Shown here: piece after piece, positions 1 to 12,542 of the stretch | Layout: each line of letters starts with the position of its first letter | How positions within the stretch are numbered: position 1 is the stretch's first letter | Origin: Octopus bimaculoides | Taxonomy: Eukaryota | Reading direction: 5' to 3' | DNA length: 64,000 nt | Assembly (NCBI RefSeq): GCF_001194135.2 | Contig: NC_069004.1 | Coordinates: 32,629,749-32,693,748 of the forward strand | The notes under the pieces: generated by a model | Database searches by the model: none | What the model was told of the DNA's origin: nothing | Seen by the model: only the letters and a program-made list of their open reading frames with translations | Made by a program: the position numbers and the translations under genes

Positions 1-234
1 TATTATCCATTGTGTCCTGTCTTGGACATGTTGGATAACCTATTGTAGCAATATAGTAAGGTGTGTGATTTGAGGGACATTTGGCTGTTATTTCTAGCAG
101 TCTGTGTGACCACTTAGTGGTCTCCCTGTTGGGTTTCTGGTTCCCTTAGTAACATGCAGAGTATATATTTGTGGTAGTAGTATTAGTCATTCCACTGTAT
201 TGTACAACAGCTGTGGGCCTGAGCCAATAAGGTA

Positions 235-465
235 GTCTATGTAGTTGTCAAACTGCTAGAAATAACAGCTAAATCTACCTCGGATCACATCCTACCATTC
301 TGGAAGATATAAAAAAAGAGACACACAGGTTGATGTAGTCCAAGGTACACTTTCTCAACTATGAAAGAAAAAAGAATGAGATGGTTTATGTAGGAATGCT
401 TTAATGTTTTCAATCATAGGACTTTTAGTCAGCACTAACCTGGGGTTAAACATAGAAAACAACAT
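235..465 (+). mobile_element. Retroposon family D (tgctagaaatagcagccaaatc core, ends cctggggttaaaca(aca)n)
   Basis: About 25 diverged copies, e.g. 1-130, 10545-10770, 20105-20340, 39550-39715, 49260-49510, 55000-55160, 63490-63700 (-); 1285-1470, 12680-12810 (+). Orientation is defined by the (CAA)n tail. Confidence 0.8.
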
Positions 466-768
466 CCGTTGAACTTGGAAAGGTTATCTTAATCATTTCA
501 AAATGTGTGTGTGTGGTGGTGGTGGTGGTGGTGGTGGGTCATTGCTGAACAGGTAAGAATATTAAAGAACTCCCTCAACCCAGAGAACATCTTAAATTCC
601 AGGGCAGAAGTCTCCAGACCCTACTTACACTTCAGGAGAATCCTACTGAAGTCCTGGAACCCACAAGCTGATCATTACAGATAGTGGTCTGAGGGAGACA
701 ATCCCTTGCACTTCACCCTTCTCTTTTGTCACCCCAAATTTCAGGCCTTGTGCCTTTAGTAGAAAGGG

Positions 769-809
<41 letters not shown>

Positions 810-811
<2 letters not shown>

Positions 812-1062
812 GGTGGTGAGCTCACAGAATCATTAGCATGCCACCTTAATTTGAACCCAAGATATAAAAACATATGAAATGCTGTGAAGTGGCATTTCTT
901 ACATCTTTACATTCTGGGTTCAAATTCTCCAAGGTTGACTTTATCTTTCATCCTTTCATGGTCAATTAAACAAGCTGAGCACTGGGGTTGATGTATTTGA
1001 CTTACTTCCTCCCCACAAAATTTAAGGCCTTGTACCTACAACAGAAAGGATCATTGTTATTT
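810..1062 (+). mobile_element. SINE family A (tRNA-like head, ctttgcctttcatcctttcggggtcgataaa core, (ATT)n tail)
   Basis: Homologous to many copies: 1077-1275, 17900-18137, 20660-20850, 20851-21125, 29290-29460, 41146-41350, 41370-41570, 41803-41953, 42110-42370 (+); 4433-4635, 18315-18534, 51725-51870 (-). Confidence 0.85.
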
Positions 1063-2183
1063 TTTAAATTCTTATTAAGGTGGTGAGCTGGCAGAATTGT
1101 TAGCACATCAGATGAAATGCTTAGTGGCATTTCCTCTGACTGTTTATAGTCTAAGTTCAAATTCCATTCAAACCAACTTTGCCTTTCATCCTTTTGGGGG
1201 TCAATGCAATGAGGACCAGTTGAGCATTGGGGTTCATGTAATCAACTAAAAAAAATTCCCTAAAAATTGTAGCACTGATTTACAGAAAGCGGTTGACAGA
1301 TTTCTCTCAAACTATTCCCTGCCATACTACAAAAAAGAACACTTGAGATGTTGTACACTTAGATACACTGTGCCTGAGGGGGTCGAAATAGAAATGGACA
1401 ACTTGGTTATGGCTGAAGCATCTTTGATCCTAGCTCTGCTCAATCAAGCCTGACCCTGTGTTAAACGACGACAATGTAATATGTCTGTGCAGTTTTTCAT
1501 GTGCCAGTTACATTTTAAAGACATTAATTACGCTAATTGCTTTGCCGGCCACTCTGATTGCTCTGTGGAAGCAACTACTGATCATCAGAATAACATCTTA
1601 AACAGTTCCGGGCCATTTCAATATTGACTTGATGTCGAATGAAGAAACTCATTGAAGTTCTTCTAAATAATTTCTTGTACATGCACTTATAATCTTCCAT
1701 ACATACAAACACATATATACTTGCATGTATACACACACACACACACATACACACACAAATGGCTTTCTTTGACTCTTCCGAGCAGCTTTAGCAGATAAAT
1801 CAAGTGTCTGCCTGTTCCTATTAATTCTTACCAAAGAGCTCCTTGTACCCACTCCAATTAGGTAGATGTTTCGTTAGATTCCATTTAGTTCTGGAATTCA
1901 AAGACTTGAGATTCTAAGCTAGCAGTGATCGTGGTGGTGGTGGTGGTGGTGGTGGTGTTGGTGAAATTCCACAAACATTTTTTTTCAGAATATTCCTGAA
2001 CTAATACAAGTCAATCAATGATGATAATTTCCTTGTTTAGACATTAAAGGACATAAGATAGTCTTGTTTCATTTTTATTTTATTTCATTTTATTGACTTT
2101 CACAAGAGCGAAAGGCAAAGTTGACTCCAGCACGATAATAATAATAATAATGATGATAATAATAATAATAATGGTTTCAAATT

Positions 2184-2750
2184 GCCCTGATGCAGTACCA
2201 AGCAATGGCTCTCATGGCTTTTGATCTTAACTGATTGGAAATGTCATTATGTATATTGTTTTGTTTTGGAATAAAAGATGGGCTACAGCAAATATTCTGT
2301 TCAATACCACAGATTTGCTTGTCAGTTGTTTGACCTTAACCAGTTGAGCATGTCCCTTAGTGGCTGACGATATGTGTATCTCTGATCATGAGCAAAAGTA
2401 GTGGGGAAACATCATAACCATGTGTTGAGAGGAATTCTTTGGGGTTTGAATAATTCACCTCTGGAAACATGGGTGTTTTGTTCAACATCCTTAAAACAAA
2501 CCTTATTCAGGGACCTTTTTGAGTGGGATGGGCTACTCGACCTGAAGAAAATTCTAACTGGGCCCCACCTGCAAGGTCATGCTCTGTTTATCTTGGTATG
2601 AGATCAACAGGTCTGGCACTTATGGTTGTGATGCATGTGCCTGGTGTACCCTTATTAGACGGGTAGTCATGATGGGTATGTTGGGCTTCGTATATTTGTA
2701 CCCTAGTGTCACTTTGATGACATGCACTGCTCTCTCACTCAGTAATAATA
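2184..2750 (+). mobile_element. Family E ~560-bp interspersed element with (AAT)n tail
   Basis: High-identity reverse-complement copy at 34355-34910 that lacks the first ~90 bp, consistent with 5' truncation on retroposition. Confidence 0.8.
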
Positions 2751-3699
2751 ATGGTTTCAAATTTTGGCACAAGGCCAGTAATTTCACCAATTTTCTCAGA
2801 AAGAGGAACTGAGCCATTTCATACATAGATATCAATGACATTAGTGGCAGAATGAAAGATGTCTGGGTGGTGGTGGTGTTTGGGGCAGTGTGACATTCTA
2901 AAACTTTTCCAGTGCTCCAGCATGGCAGCTGTCCAACAACTGCAACCAATAAAAAAAATGTAGAAAGAACGAAAAAAGAAAAGCAATCAAAAGAACTAAA
3001 CAAACCAGTAAAAGTCATAGCATAATGGTGGTGAAGGAAGAGGAAGTTCTGGTGGTGATAGTGACAGCTGTAGTGGTGGTGGTGGTGGTGGTGGTGACAG
3101 TGGTGGTGGTGGTTGTAGACATGATGGTGGTGGTTGTAGACATGGTGGTGGTGGTGGTTGTGGCTGTAGAGGTGACAACAGCAACAACGGTGGCAGTGGT
3201 GGTTGCAGTAGCGGTGGCAGCAGTGGCTGTGGTGGTGGTGGTGGTGGTGATTATTGAAATAAATTCTAAATGACATATCAAGTGCACGATTTGTCATATT
3301 ATGTTATACCTGGTGGTAATGGAGACGAAGGGAGGGGGTAGTTGAAGAAAGCCAAAGAAAGTTGTATGACATTGAGAACACTCACNNNNNNNNNNNNNNN
3401 NNNNNNNNNNNNNNNNNNNNNNNNNNNNNNNNNNNNNNNNNNNNNNNNNNNNNNNNNNNNNNNNNNNNNNNNNNNNNNNNNNNNNNNNNNNNNNNNNNNN
3501 NNNNNNACCTAACATCAAGAATACAACTGATCCTCATCCCTGCCCCACTACCACGAAAAAAAAAAAAGAAAGAAATATGCTTTTGTACATGTATGTGTGC
3601 AGTGTGTGTGTGTGTATATATATGTGTGTGTATATATGTTGGGAAATGAACTGAGAGGTGGGAAGAGTAAAGGAAGAGAAAAGGGAGCAAATCGATTTG

Positions 3700-3848
3700 T
3701 TCATGAGGCTAAACTTCACTGGAAGTTTCATTCAAATCCATCCTGTGGTTCTTGAGATATTTTGTCCACGGATTAATAAACAAACAAACAAACAAACAAA
3801 CATGACTGAAAACAATCCCTCTGCCTTCACCAAGGCAGAGGTAATAAT
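3700..3848 (+). mobile_element. Helentron/HINE-like element 3' end
   Basis: (AAAC)n tract followed by a perfect 10-bp stem-loop cctctgcctt-cacc-aaggcagagg (3818-3841) and then TAAT. This layout is typical of DINE-1/HINE-like ends (family assignment inferred). Confidence 0.4.
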
Positions 3849-4432
3849 AATTTTGTGATCAAATATTACAATGCAATCGAAAAACACTACTACTACAAGA
3901 GCCCTTTTTTGGGGAAAAGTTAACAAGAGAGGAATTAAAGAAAAACAGCAAAGTTTTACATCCTCTATGTTTGAAAAACTGGATTTTCAAACTTAGAAGA
4001 TGTCAAAATTTGCTGTCTTTCTTTAACCCTTTAACTGTGTAAATATATTTGAGAGTTGTTCCAGTAATGATATTAAATATCTACTAAAAAATAAAATTGG
4101 TATTTTCTGCATGTCACATTGCCTCAATAAATTTAACATATCTCAACAGAAAATAGTTTCAAACATGAAAATCCTCAGGAAAAGATAAGATTGGTATATA
4201 AAACGGCTTTCTGCAGTTAAGGGTAATGAAAATTTTCAGTGGATACCTCTGATTTCTGTTATAAAAGGGTTAATTTCTCTTTTGTCAACAGTTTCCAGAA
4301 GAGAGTCTCTGCCCTAAACATTGATTTTCCATTCCTGGAAACAATTTCCCTGTATTCTTTCTGCTGATTTTTCTGTATGCATACATACATTCACATTTTA
4401 TGTGATTAAATTGTTGTGTTTCCTATCATACT

Positions 4433-4635
4433 GGTTTCAAATTTTGGCACAAGGCCTGCGGGTTTGGGGAGGGGCTAAGTCGATTGAACCATCCCCAGTG
4501 CTCAATTGGTATTTTATCAATCCCAAAAGGATGAAAGGCAAAGTCAACCTTGACAGAATTTGAACTCAGAACAAGATGGGTGAAATGCTACTATGCCTTT
4601 TTCCTGGTATGCTAATGATTCTGTCAGCTTGTCAC
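4433..4635 (-). mobile_element. SINE family A copy ~130 bp upstream of the 4764 exon
   Basis: ggtttcaaattttggcacaaggcc...aaaggatgaaaggcaaagtcaac...gaatttgaactcagaac is the reverse complement of family A. Confidence 0.85.
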
Positions 4636-4763
4636 CATAGTGTTTCCTGTCATATGATTAGCCCTAAAATACCTACCATTTTAAAATGTTTCCTTGCAAT
4701 GTCCCCCATCAATCACATTTGCCGCAATGAAATTAATTAATATTATTACTATTGTTCTTTCAG

Positions 4764-4903
4764 GTTTCGGAGTCAATCCTTCGACAGTGGACCACCGACC
4801 GCATCTTCACCGGATCCGGCCGATGAACCCCTCTCCAATGATGAGAAACGACAAACAACAGACCTTAAACGTAAGAAGAGTTTTCAAAACTCCTCAATCC
4901 CAG
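4764..4903 (+). CDS. Internal coding exon (phase 2 in, phase 1 out) of an unidentified gene; Ser/Pro-rich segment FRSQSFDSGPPTASSPDPADEPLSNDEKRQTTDLKRKKSFQNSSIP
   Basis: Acceptor attgttctttcag|G at 4763/4764. Non-repetitive, CpG-rich, open for 46 codons. Donors AAC|gtaaga after 4870 and CAG|gtcagt after 4903, both phase 1. Confidence 0.72.
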
Positions 4904-5124
4904 GTCAGTGGAAGGGAAACAGTCCCACAACTTCCTTCTTCTCTTTCTTTTATTACTGGTCGCTGTTTGTATTTTTGTTTTTTTTTTCATTTTGGGGACC
5001 AGGACAGTTCATATGACACACAAGGGAAAAAAAAAAGAATATAACAAACTAAAACTATATATATATATATACACACACACATATATATATACACACACAC
5101 ACATATATATATATACACACACAC

Positions 5125-5155
<31 letters not shown>

Positions 5156-5202
5156 TATATATACACACACACATTTATATATACACACACACATATATAT
5201 AT

Positions 5203-5500
5203 ATCATCATCGTCGTTTAACGTCCGCTTTCCATGCTAGCATGGGTTGGACGGTTTAACTGAGGACTGGTGAAACCGGATGGCTACACCAGGCTCCAATC
5301 TGATTTGGCAGAGTTTCTACAGCTGAATGCCCTTCCTGACGCCAACCACTCAGAGAGTGTAGTGGATGCTTTTACGTGCCACCGGCACAAAGGCCAGTCA
5401 GGTGGTACTGGCAACGGCCACACTCAAAATGGTGTATTTTACGTACCACCTGCACACGAGCCAGTTCGGCGGCACTGGCAACGATCTCGCTCGAATGTCT
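5203..5500 (-). mobile_element. Retroposon family C ((GAT)n tail; tggttggcgttaggaagggcatccagctgtag core; internal palindrome CCATGCTAGCATGG)
   Basis: Homologous copies: 9100-9290, 14500-14675, 15020-15170, 18625-18895, 40285-40548, 41570-41790, 50600-50780 (+); 35870-36060, 48040-48260, 52855-53035, 57205-57360 (-). Confidence 0.85.
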
Positions 5501-5505
5501 TTACA

Positions 5506-5511
<6 letters not shown>

Positions 5512-5597
<86 letters not shown>
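5512..5597. repeat. Long (TA)n microsatellite (representative; others at 52746-52843, 22348-22395, 53359-53389)
   Basis: Read directly. Confidence 0.97.
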
Positions 5598-5602
<5 letters not shown>

Positions 5603-6279
5603 CACACATGTGTGCATATACATGCTTATATGTATGTATGAATATATGTATATGTGTGTATATATGATATATGTATGTGCATGTATATGTGTATGAGTGT
5701 CCTCAGTCAAACCATCCAACCCCTGCCAGCATGGAAAGCGAACAAATGAAAACGACGATATTGATGATGATGGTGATGGTGATACATATATATATGTGTG
5801 TACATGTATAAAGAAAGTGTGAGAAAGATTTATATTTATATAATTTACATGTACCTACGTTGTGTATATTTGCATAATTGTGTTTCATTGTTTACTTCAT
5901 ATTTGTACTTATTTGTTTGGCATTTACATTACATTTTGTGTGTCAGTATGTGTGTGTATATATATATAATATATTTCATGCACAAGACTGCATCCATGGA
6001 AGGTGTGAAATAAATATTAAATATTAGAAAGCCTTTAGGTGTGATAGTTAATGTAGACATGTTCCATTTAGGCTTTTGAATAGAGATGGAATGGATTTAC
6101 AGTTATATAATTTACTATCACAGCTAAAGGCTTCTTAATATTTAATGCATATATACATACAATATACACATATATATATATATACACACACAGACATACA
6201 TACAATATATATACAAATATATATAGAGAGATATATGTGTATGTATGTGTGTATATATGTATATGTATAAATATATGTG

Positions 6280-6327
<48 letters not shown>

Positions 6328-8440
6328 TCTGTGTGTGTGTTTGTGTGTGTGTGTTTGTCTGTATGTGTGGTGTGTGTATATATGTATATATACACATGCA
6401 TATATTTATACATATATGTATAAATGAATGTGTGTGTGTGTGTCGATCTTGGAATCTTCAACTCGGTATGTTTGGAATGAATAAAAGAAAATATTGGTAG
6501 AATTGACAAATTTCTTCTCACAGAGAGATATTGATGTTTTAACTTTTCAAACACAGACAAACATTCCTCTAATACCGATAGACATTTGTGACTGAGTATG
6601 GTACACTTGTATATGTGTGTGTGTGTGTGTGTGCATCTTTATATCCATACTCATGCTTGTGTGTATGCATGTACAAAAATATTGCACAAGATGTATTGAA
6701 AATCGTTTTTCTCATCTGTTAAATCAAAACTGTTTGTGTGTGTGCGTGCGTGTGTATTTATATATGTATATATACACACATACACACACAAACATCTTAA
6801 CGGAATATCCTGACACTCTCATCTAGAACTAGACACCTGTTCTTGCCCCCTCTATCATACTTAAGCCCTGTCTTGGGCAACCTTTCCTGAGATGCTGGCT
6901 GCATGAGATGTTGTGAGGCTGGCCATGTTATTAAAAAAATTGAAGGTAGATTTTCAATAGGCATCCCATTCAGGTCCTGGTTATGACATTAAACTGCATC
7001 CATTGGTGAGGTTCCAGCTCAGGAATTCTGGAAACGTGGGGAGCATGGAACCACCTCTTAATTACCATAATTCCCACGTTTGTTCTGACTCAGAATGATG
7101 CTATCAAGTCACACACACACACATATATATATATATATGAATAGTGATCAGTAATTTTATGAAACCGGTATGCCTTTGAATCTCTTTTACAATTCACAAT
7201 AATGACTTATTACTTTTATCCTTACCTCAGTTCATCAGACACAACAGTATATATATATATATATATATATGTGTGTAGGAAAATGAAAAATAATAATAAG
7301 GCAGAATGCTAAACTGGAAGCATATTTTAATAAAGATTTCTAACCGGCTTTCATTGTATAGCAAATTTTCAAGAAGAGGGAGAATGAAAATGTTTTTTAC
7401 AAAGAAGTACAAAATGAAGAAAATAATATATAAAAAAAATAATATATTAAAAAAAAATATACCAATACATTATATTGTCTTTGAGCTTTTGAAGTTCAAT
7501 GGTAATCCATGTATATAATGGTTGGAAAAATAAGGATGCATGAGAATTGAGAGTTGTGTTAGGTTTAAAAAAAGGGCTAAAAGTTTTTGTTAAGCAGGAA
7601 GTGTTGTGTCAAAACAGGAAGTGTGAGTAAGGGGAGACAAATGTTTTTAGTTGGAGTTATGAACTCTTTTTCAACAGGAAGTTTATGTCTGTTATACATA
7701 CACACACACTCATTCTTGCCTCCTTCTATCTTGGATGTTCAGCTGGGTCAAAAGTGGAAAGCTCAAGGGGGTGCTTGTTTCTGCTCTTGTTTACATGATC
7801 TCCTACATGTTACCTGTTACCAAAAGGCATGGTGCATGCTGATACTAAGTTACACTTAGTTACAAATGACACTGGCACACACACACACAATTAACTCTTT
7901 TCACTTCTTATCATTAAGGTTGATGAATATGAAAATAATGCTAATTTCAACATCAGACACCATTCCTCTTATGTAAGCGACTATTATTTTGACAAACAAT
8001 CCATTGATGGGAGGAGGGAGATTTCAGTTGTGTTGTGCCTTTACCTGGTGCAGTGGTAAAGGCTCTGTGTTCAAAATACAGTTAGGATTCTCATTGGAAA
8101 TCATCGCAAGAAGATGGTTTCACATGCCAAAATATTGTGCTCTACTCTTCTGAGTTCAAATTACACTCAGGCTTGTTTGTTTTGGCTTTATTTATTTATT
8201 TATTTATATTAAACTGGCATTGAAGGTTATGATGACAGTCAGCATCATCATCATTGTCAATATGAACAAATCAGTTAAGGAGCCTCTCTGCACTGCCTAT
8301 AGCTGCTAGAAATAGCTACACATTGTCCCTAAAATCACTCAACCAGAAGAAAAGCACATTGAATAATGCATCTAATATGTGTAGATGTGTGTGTGTGTGT
8401 GTATATGTGTAGATGTGTGTGTGTGTGTGTGTATGTGTAC

Positions 8441-8488
<48 letters not shown>

Positions 8489-8688
8489 TGATTGTTTTTA
8501 TGTCAAATTATATACGTACACAATTTAACGTTAAACTGAAGAATTACTCAATACTCTTGTGTAGAGAATGTTTATCTGTCTGACAAAGGCATGCAAGGTG
8601 AAATTTCATTGTCAACCTTTCCTTTGTAAAATTTTAAACATTGTGTGTGTGTGTAGATATATAGTTTGGTATCTTTTTCGTTTGTTAG

Positions 8689-8753
8689 ACCTGAATGGCC
8701 AGGCTGTGTCCACCACCTCTGCAGACTCTCCAAGATCAGTGGGATCAACATGA
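8689..8753 (+). CDS. Probable terminal coding exon of the same gene: (D)LNGQAVSTTSADSPRSVGST*
   Basis: Strong acceptor tatctttttcgtttgttag|AC. Phase 1 matches the 4764 exon (G+AC = Asp). Similar Ser/Thr-rich composition. TGA at 8751-8753; first AATAAA I noticed downstream is at 9689-9694. Confidence 0.55.
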
Positions 8754-9702
8754 TTTGTGTTATTTCTGAACAATTGTAAAGAGAAGGCTGGGGAGAAGGA
8801 AAAAAAAAAGACAGTGCTAGAATTCCAGAGGGATAATATTCTTACGAGGAAGGAATGTATTGGTGGCTAGAGCGGGTCTTGGCAGGGGAGCAGCATATGC
8901 AATAATTTGGTACAATCATAAGTGTGCAGGTAAAAATGCCTGACAAAATTTGCCTTTCATCAATTTGGAATCAGAAAAACAAAGTATTAGGTCTCTTATT
9001 GGCTCATAATTCACTGTTGTTTTTTTGCTTAAATCCTGACCAGTTCTATGTAAGAAGGTCTCTTATCAATAGCACTGTCATTTATCCTGTTTTATATCTT
9101 CTGTGCCGGTGCCATGTAAAAAGCACCCATGCTGCTGTTATGTAAAATGCCCTCAGTATATTCTGTAAAGTGGTTGGCGTTAGGAAGGGCATCCAGCCAT
9201 AGAAACCATGCCAAAACATAACAACTAGAGCCTAGTGCAGCTGGCTTTCCAGCTCCTGTCAAACCGTCCAGCATGGAAAATGGAAATTGTGGGCCCAATT
9301 GCTCTGTTTACAATAGAGACTCAACCAAGACCAAAAGATCCAACTGCTTATTAAGAACAACGAATACGACAAACATAGACGAAGGACTTGTCGTAGAAGT
9401 AGGAACGTGAAAATAATTGAGTCTCGAGTCTACAAATAGTTTGTGACTGCCAGATGGAAACATTCTTACCTTCTTTGCAATGGATAACAATGCTTAGAAG
9501 AGGAATGGACATTAGTAACACTAGAATTTCTGTGGCTTTGTTCGTATGTGTGTGTGTGTGTGTGTGTGTGTGCGTATCCATCTGTTCATGTGTCTGTCTG
9601 TTTATCTCTATCTCTCTCTCTCTCTGTCCTGTACTCATTAGAGCTAATTGCTTGCTGATGAATAATGCTGCATATAAAAAGCAATGATAATAAAGGTGAT
9701 GG

Positions 9703-9746
<44 letters not shown>

Positions 9747-10000
9747 TTATTGGTAATGGTGATGATGATGATAAATAATCAAACTAGCTGAAAATGCAGA
9801 CATTTGATATTTAGGTCTATTTATCTCTCGTTTCTTATGTACATAAACAAACACACAGACATGTACACAAGTGTACACACACACATATATACATATATAT
9901 ATACATATATATATACAAACATACATATACACATAAATATAAAGGAGGGAGAGAGATGTAAACATTTACACACATATATATATATACATGTCTGCATACA

Positions 10001-10039
<39 letters not shown>

Positions 10040-10796
10040 CACATACATATATAAAAAAAACATACATACACACACATACAAATTCACATGCATAGACATA
10101 CACACATACTCACACATACCTACACACACACATACTTTTAACTCTATGTAGACGTTTTTCTGTTTTGACACATTATCGCAATTATTGATGATTGTGGTGG
10201 CTGTGTTATTATTTCCAGCACGTCAATCCTCTCTCCATGTTACATATAGTACTAAAAGGCAATTTTTTTCCCTCTTCTTCTTTCTCTTTCTTCTCCTCCT
10301 CTTCTCTCCTCCTCCTCCACCTCCTCCTTTTCCCATGAGAGTGTGTTAAATAACGATGCAGGTAGACTTATACAACTAAGTAGTATTGATTAGGTTTGTT
10401 TCTGTCCAACAAACTGATGTCTGGGGAAACACTTGTCTCTCTCTCTCTCTTGATGATGATGATGATGATGATGTCCTTAATAACACTGCACTTAATCTCA
10501 TTCATTCATTAGCCAGACTGATTTTGGTAGCTGATGTCAATAGTTTAAAGCCATGTCAGCTCTGCTCAAGCAGACCTAACCATCAAAGGTATTCCAACCG
10601 TGACCACCCACTCTTATTTTCATATTCAGGCAGAGTGTAGCTAGGACTATGTTATCTTGTATATTCCCCTTGTTTATTTTTTGTCTTCATTTTTTTTTCA
10701 AACTTCAGTAAATTTTGTTGGAATGCAGATTTGGCTGCTGTTTCTAATGAAGTCATTGACCACGTAGATACTGCTTTGTTAACTGAGAGTGTTCCT

Positions 10797-11045
10797 GAGT
10801 TCAAATCCTATCAAAGGCTGTGTTATGTGTCAGAACACACCAGAATTACACAGAGTGCAGTGGAGTATTTAATCAGTTTATTATACCAACAACTTTTTGC
10901 AGATTTGTTGACTCAAAGGATTCGTTGGTTCAAATCTTGTCAGAGGCAATGTTATGTTATGGATCAAAATACACACCAGAAATACACAGAATGCAATGGG
11001 GGTTATTTAATCAGTTAAATATACCAACAGTCCCATACAGAATTG
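10797..11045. repeat. Diverged ~130-bp tandem duplication
   Basis: gttcaaatc..acacaccagaa.tacacaga.tgca.tgg...tatttaatcagtt.a.tataccaaca occurs twice (from ~10798 and ~10928). Confidence 0.8.
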
Positions 11046-11289
11046 CTTCCTTTACATTGAGGAATCAAATTTAATGAAACTTATTCTAATTAGAAACATC
11101 ATCACAGACCAATTAGAAATAGTATTTGGATTTTTACTGGTGATATCTCCATATATATTTTTTATCATTGGTGAAACTCATGTGGGTCTGATGTAAAAAA
11201 CAACGGGGTTTGCATGAGGATGAATTTACAATTAGCACACAATATCCAGTTCTAAAAATGTTTCCAAAAGTCATAGGTACTTTACTAAT

Positions 11290-11620
11290 TTGAGATTTTA
11301 GAAAAGGTGGCCAAAAATGTTCTTGGAGAGAAGGTGGAATATCTTGTGAGCCTCAGCCAACATTAACCATTAGATGTTGGAGCTTTAATGTGTCTATGTT
11401 CAGAGAGGTAAGATGTTCAAGATCTGGTTAGGGGTTCATAAATTATTTGTCTGATTTGCATATCTTTAGACAGCTTCCAATAGACTGATGTTCTGGACAA
11501 AGTGAGGGTTTCAAACCAGACATGCAAAGTATAAGTGTGTATATCCTGCTTTCAGCCAGGGAACAGTTGACAGGGTGTCTTACTAAAACATCTCAAGCCC
11601 TTTTGACACTTTTAAAAATG
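11290..11620 (-). mobile_element. Highly degraded CR1/L2-type LINE RT C-terminal fragment
   Basis: Minus-strand translation THLYFACLV*NPHFVQNISLLEAV*RYAN...LAEAHKIF resembles the recalled PHLEYA..VWNPH...I..LE.VQR.AT motif; the stops fall at expected W and Q codons. Confidence 0.55.
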
Positions 11621-12165
11621 TACTTTGTCTGCACCAGTCAATTAGGATAATTTCCAAGGTTATGTTCACAGAGAGAATGGGTAAATTCTAGATATTTCCT
11701 CTTGAAATGTATAGTGAGTACACTTGGCTACAGTGAGTTTGAGTTATCAATCAGCAATGCATTGCAGCACTGTGTCCATGTCAAGAAAGATCTATAGCAT
11801 ATGGATCTTTTTTATATTTCTTTTATCTCAGTATACAGCTTAATGTCATCTGCACATTTTAGCACGTGCAGATGACATTAAACCGTATCTTATAGATTGA
11901 AAAGGATATGACATTTCACCCAGTTCAGGAGTTGAACTCATGATGCTATGATTATGAGCAGAATGGAACATCTTTGATCATGGGCCTGACTGGTGAAGGT
12001 TGACCTGGCGCTAAAAAATACAACAACAACAACAACCACTAACACCACTTAAAGTACTTATACAGATGTGTTCTCATTGCTGATGGACCAAATGAGTTAT
12101 TTCATAAATTGCAATAAAATATTACAGTTTGGTTCCTCTCAGTGTCCTCACAAAATTATTGTCGC

Positions 12166-12542
12166 AGGCACAGGTGTAGCTATGTGGTAAGATGCTTACT
12201 TCCCAGCCACATGGTTCTGAGTTCAGTCCCACTGTGTGGCACCTTGAGTAATTGCCTTCTACTGTAGCCTCAGGCTGACCGAAGCCTTGTAAGTGGATTC
12301 GATAGATGAAAACTGAAAGAAGCCTGTCATATATATATGTATGTATGTGTATATATATGTGTGTGTATGCATGACCCCCACCACTGCATGACAACCAGTA
12401 ACTGTTTGGCAAAAGAGAGCAATAGAATAGGTACTGGGCTTGAAAAATGTACTGGGATCAATTCATTTGACTAAAATTCTTCAAGGCAGTGCCCCAGCAT
12501 GGCCACACTCTAATGACTGAAACAAGTAAAAGATAAAAGATA
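12166..12542 (+). mobile_element. SINE family B (tRNA head, CORE-like ccttgggcaagtgtcttc, internal (TA/TG)n)
   Basis: Homologous copies: 37871-38313, 50472-50605, 19250-19440, 30120-30270, 20505-20580, 49745-49930 (+); 47486-47857, 48640-48990 (-). Confidence 0.85.

Noticed and set aside
2620-3297. Long His/Thr/Val/Cys-rich ORFs in the track (also 15148-16107, 23230-24197, 25103-25909, 26997-27371, 42674-43163)
   Set aside because: They are translations of (GGT)n, (GAT)n and (CA)n tracts, which lack stops by composition; there is no splice or domain support.
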